This document shows positions 53,807 to 56,732 of a stretch of DNA of 56,732 bases, piece by piece. Below the pieces are notes generated by a model, which ran no database searches, had not been told where the DNA came from, and saw only the letters and a program-made list of their open reading frames with translations. The translations under genes were made by a program, and so were the position numbers. The stretch spans positions 1-56,732 of the IMG/VR virus record IMGVR_UViG_3300037262_000027. One strand, given 5' to 3'. Position 1 is the stretch's first letter. Each line of letters opens with the position of its first letter. Origin of the DNA: a virus (Duplodnaviria > Caudoviricetes).

Positions 53807-54075
53807 GCAAACAGGATGGGTCAGAGCCACCGAGGGTGTGGGAGATGCGTTGGACTTCTGAGCCGGGAGTTGGATGGCTCGTGATGGGAGAGATGCCCGA
53901 GAAGTTTGAGGTCACTCAGACGGTCGAGGCTCAGCCTGTAAAGGAGTTGCTGGAACGGTGGAGGGATCTTGCAGCCCCCCAACCCGCTTTCCCCGCCGAC
54001 ACAGAAAGCGCTCGGCAGAGACTCAGGGACGAAACCCAGGCCCTCCTCGCCGCACTCCAGGAGGAGAAGTCGTGA
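53803..54075 (+). CDS. Hypothetical protein
   Basis: ATGA coupling; 90 aa. Confidence 0.55.
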   Translation: MSKQDGSEPPRVWEMRWTSEPGVGWLVMGEMPEKFEVTQTVEAQPVKELLERWRDLAAPQPAFPADTESARQRLRDETQALLAALQEEKS

Positions 54076-54134
54076 GCGCCAGCGCTCATGCACGCTAACG
54101 CCTAGCAGCACGCCAGCGGGATACTTGGCGGTCG

Positions 54135-54890
54135 ATGATCGTCGCGCAGACCGAGCTGGACCAGATCCTCGATCGCAAGATCCGAAAGCGCCTCCTAGAG
54201 CTCCCCGTCCGCCACGGCAAGTTCGGCGAGCGCAAGCGCTGCCCCGTGCGCCTCGGCCAGCAGGTAGACCTCTACCCGCCCATCCCCTTCGAGCGGATGC
54301 TCGCTCGAGCAGAACAGCGCCAGCCTCGCAAACATGCCGTCGTGTGGCTGATAGGCCGCGTGGAGCGCTGGGAACCCAAGCCCGTCACGATCACGGTCAG
54401 CCAGACGCCCGTGATCCAGGGCGAGGTCTGGCTCGTGCGCTTCATCCGAGGCTCAGAGCGCGAAGCGTTCGACACCTCGGCTGTCTACCTCTCAGCCGAC
54501 GGGGGATTCACGACGGTGGCATCACGGCAAGCCGTGCCCGGCGACCCGGAGTACCTGGCACCATTCGCCGAGGACCTGGCGCGAGCAAGGCTGGACGCGC
54601 GCGAGAAACGCCTCACGCCCCAGCTCGCAGACGTGCGCCGGCTGACCGGCGACCTGCAGAAGTGCCGCGACGTGATGACCAACGTCAAAGCCGGAACGCT
54701 CCTCAAGCGCGCCCAGCGCAACCTCGAAGCGGCCCAGCGCGCACTCCTCTCAGAGGGCGTGCTAGATTCAGACTCGGTTGCCGCCTCCGTTGGGTCCGCC
54801 GCTGGTGAAGCAGACCGACCGCCCTCGGCAAGTACTTTGGGCAACCCAGACACAGCGCAGACAATCTCACCCGCGCAGCTCGGCGAGTAG
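54135..54890 (+). CDS. Hypothetical protein
   Basis: 251 aa, strong GC3 bias. Confidence 0.7.
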   Translation: MIVAQTELDQILDRKIRKRLLELPVRHGKFGERKRCPVRLGQQVDLYPPIPFERMLARAEQRQPRKHAVVWLIGRVERWEPKPVTITVSQTPVIQGEVWLVRFIRGSEREAFDTSAVYLSADGGFTTVASRQAVPGDPEYLAPFAEDLARARLDAREKRLTPQLADVRRLTGDLQKCRDVMTNVKAGTLLKRAQRNLEAAQRALLSEGVLDSDSVAASVGSAAGEADRPPSASTLGNPDTAQTISPAQLGE

Positions 54891-55030
54891 CCCCTCGATC
54901 TCTCGCCGCCACCCCGGAAGCCGAGCCTCCAAGTCCGCCACGACGTTGCGCATCTGCTCCAAGCGCACGACCATCCGCTCGTCTCGGCGGGCGCGCACGT
55001 CGTCGTCGAGCGACGGCTGGCGAGGCTCGG

Positions 55031-55312
55031 CTACAGCTTCACCTTCTGCAAGCGACTTGTGATCCCGTCTTTGTCGGTGGCGAAGCCAATCTCGACGTGG
55101 GCTTCGGCCTTGGCGATGAGCTGGCCGTCGGCGTCTGAGAGCACCACCATCACCCGCTCGCCATGCGAGAGCTGGGGCATGTCCTCGCCGTCGACGTTGA
55201 GCTGCTCGGAGCCGAACTTGCCAGCCACGCTGATCGTGACCATGTCCGGGCGCACGCGCGAGCTGCCCGGCCGTGCATCGAATGAGAGCTGCCCGATCGC
55301 TACGCGCTGCAT
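55031..55312 (-). CDS. Hypothetical protein
   Basis: TGATG coupling with upstream gene; beta-rich. Confidence 0.6.
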   Translation of the reverse strand: MQRVAIGQLSFDARPGSSRVRPDMVTISVAGKFGSEQLNVDGEDMPQLSHGERVMVVLSDADGQLIAKAEAHVEIGFATDKDGITSRLQKVKL

Positions 55313-55539
55313 CAGAGCTTCTCGGCGCGCTTGCGCCCCTTCGCCATCAGCTCGAAGGTCACGGCCTTGCGACCGCCCGTCTTTGAGTTTTTGGCTTCGC
55401 CCGCTCGCTTGATGAGCTTGTCGGCTGAGAGCTTGCCGAGCGCGTAGCGCGTCAAGCCGAGCTGCTGTCGGGTCTTTGCTCCCTTCAGCATCTTGACGAG
55501 GGCCTTGTCACTGGGTGAGAGCTTGGTATCTGTGGGCAT
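55312..55539 (-). CDS. Small winged-helix DNA-binding protein
   Basis: GGAG RBS; KTRQQLGLTRYALGKL....LI.......GGRKA..FEL..KG. Confidence 0.6.
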   Translation of the reverse strand: MPTDTKLSPSDKALVKMLKGAKTRQQLGLTRYALGKLSADKLIKRAGEAKNSKTGGRKAVTFELMAKGRKRAEKL

Positions 55540-55627
55540 CGCGGGTCTCCGATCAGGTAGAAGCGAACGTGTCGGCACCATCTTCTAGAACGTGTCGGAC
55601 ATCTTCTCACCGCAGTATCCTTCATGG

Positions 55628-55945
55628 ATGCCGCGAGCCCACCCGGCCCTCAAACACGGACACGCGCGCGGAGGGCCGTCGCCTACATACAACATCTGGC
55701 AGGGGATGCGGCAGCGCTGCACCAACCCCAACAACGTCCGAATGTTCGCTGATTACGGTGGCCGCGGGATCAAGGTCTGCGAGCGCTGGGGCAAGTTCGC
55801 CAACTTCCTCGCGGACATGGGCGAGCGCCCAGGACCCGAGTACAGCATCGAGCGCATCGACAACGACGGCAAGTACGAACCGTCCAACTGCCGCTGGGCC
55901 ACCCGCAAGGAACAGCGGGCGAATCGGCGCGACTCACCGCGCTAG
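55628..55945 (+). CDS. HNH endonuclease
   Basis: [44 protein letters not shown]; TATCCT -10 just upstream. Confidence 0.88.
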   Translation: MPRAHPALKHGHARGGPSPTYNIWQGMRQRCTNPNNVRMFADYGGRGIKVCERWGKFANFLADMGERPGPEYSIERIDNDGKYEPSNCRWATRKEQRANRRDSPR

Positions 55946-56151
55946 TCCTCATCCCACAGAACCTCGCGCACAAGATGAAGCGGAACCGTGCGCCGCGGCC
56001 GAGGTCGGTACTCAACGACGCCGTTCACGATCATGCGCAGGCTGCCGTCGATCGTCACGGCCCTTCCGTCGTAGACCGTCCATCCCACGTAGCTGTAGCC
56101 GTTCTTGAGGCGCACGACGGCATAGCCGGAGATCGAAGCTGGATGGCTCAT
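55942..56151 (-). CDS. Small Sm-like fold protein
   Basis: [13 protein letters not shown]...VTI.....[12 protein letters not shown]. Confidence 0.5.
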   Translation of the reverse strand: MSHPASISGYAVVRLKNGYSYVGWTVYDGRAVTIDGSLRMIVNGVVEYRPRPRRTVPLHLVREVLWDED

Positions 56152-56301
56152 GGGCAGTTCCTTCCGCAAACCCTCGGATATACTTTAGGGTACGGTGCCG
56201 ACCATGAGGAAATGGAAGCTGTCCAGCAAACAGGCCAAGCGCGTCCGTAAACGCGAAGTCGCGCGAGGACGCAAGCGGCGCAAGGCCGAGAAGCCACGGC
56301 G

Positions 56302-56595
56302 ATGACCGACCGAGTCTCCAAGCGCAAGCTCACTCTCAGCGAGGCCGCCGAGCAGTGGGAGCACGCCAAGCGCGAGATCGACCGCTTGAAGCCGCTTCTA
56401 GAGGAGGCCGCGCCGGTCCTGCTCGCCCACTTCGAGCGAACCGGCCGCTCGACCTACCGCGACCGCATCGCGCTCACCCTCGGAGCCTCGAAACTCGTCC
56501 TCGACCAAGCGAAGGTCCGCGAGTACCTCGGCGAGAAGCTGTCGAACTTCCAGAAGCGCACCGAGCCCAGCCGCTCGCTGTCCCTTCTCAAATAG
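56302..56595 (+). CDS. Hypothetical protein
   Basis: 97 aa; LDQAKVREYLG motif. Confidence 0.65.
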   Translation: MTDRVSKRKLTLSEAAEQWEHAKREIDRLKPLLEEAAPVLLAHFERTGRSTYRDRIALTLGASKLVLDQAKVREYLGEKLSNFQKRTEPSRSLSLLK

Positions 56596-56688
56596 CTGAG
56601 CTGAGCCGCTAAGCGCCCTCATCCTTCTCGGCGCACCGGCCGGCGCCGCCTCTCTGCAGGCGGCGAACCCTTGACGTAGGAGGTGGCA

Positions 56689-56732
56689 GTGACCGAGCAG
56701 CTCGCCAACCTCGCCCAGACGACACTGGCCTC
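56689..56732 (+). CDS. 5' end of the fibre gene continuing at base 1
   Basis: AGGAGG 56678-56683, GTG, MTEQLANLAQTTLA then TC|C joins in frame. Confidence 0.85.
   Translation, partial: MTEQLANLAQTTLA

Noticed and set aside
1-56732. Alternative genetic code or host chromosomal flanks
   Set aside because: All three stop codons end genes normally, core genes are uninterrupted, and no housekeeping genes are present

Overview
The window reads as one complete, circularly closed, high-GC tailed-phage genome. The last 44 nt (RBS, then GTG at 56689) continue in frame into base 1 as a single fibre gene. Architecture is HK97-like siphovirus: HNH, TerS, TerL, portal, prohead protease, capsid, adaptor, tail terminator, tail tube, frameshifted chaperone, tape measure, Dit, baseplate and fibres, lysis cassette, then an early region with a Cro-like HTH, PD-(D/E)XK nuclease, helicase-methyltransferase fusion and a resolvase-type serine recombinase. 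The host is probably actinobacterial (inference from GC, gene families, leaderless promoters and a TTGTCCACA box). Most unusual features: (1) a direct-repeat-bounded cassette with an Sm-like gene followed by a perfect two-letter (C/T)GGTCG x36 repeat encoding an RS/WS protein; (2) two tandem paralogous capsid genes separated by a hairpin and a tRNA(CAT); (3) a large glycosylation-type cluster inside the head module; (4) a short Pro-rich peptide gene coupled to two tandem HxAP-x3-CxCG enzyme-like paralogues; (5) a lipoprotein lysozyme and a segment-swapped papain-like peptidase; (6) strong Asp depletion in virion-surface proteins. No recognisable integrase, repressor, polymerase, primase or initiator. 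All calls come from reading motifs by eye; no database searches were run.
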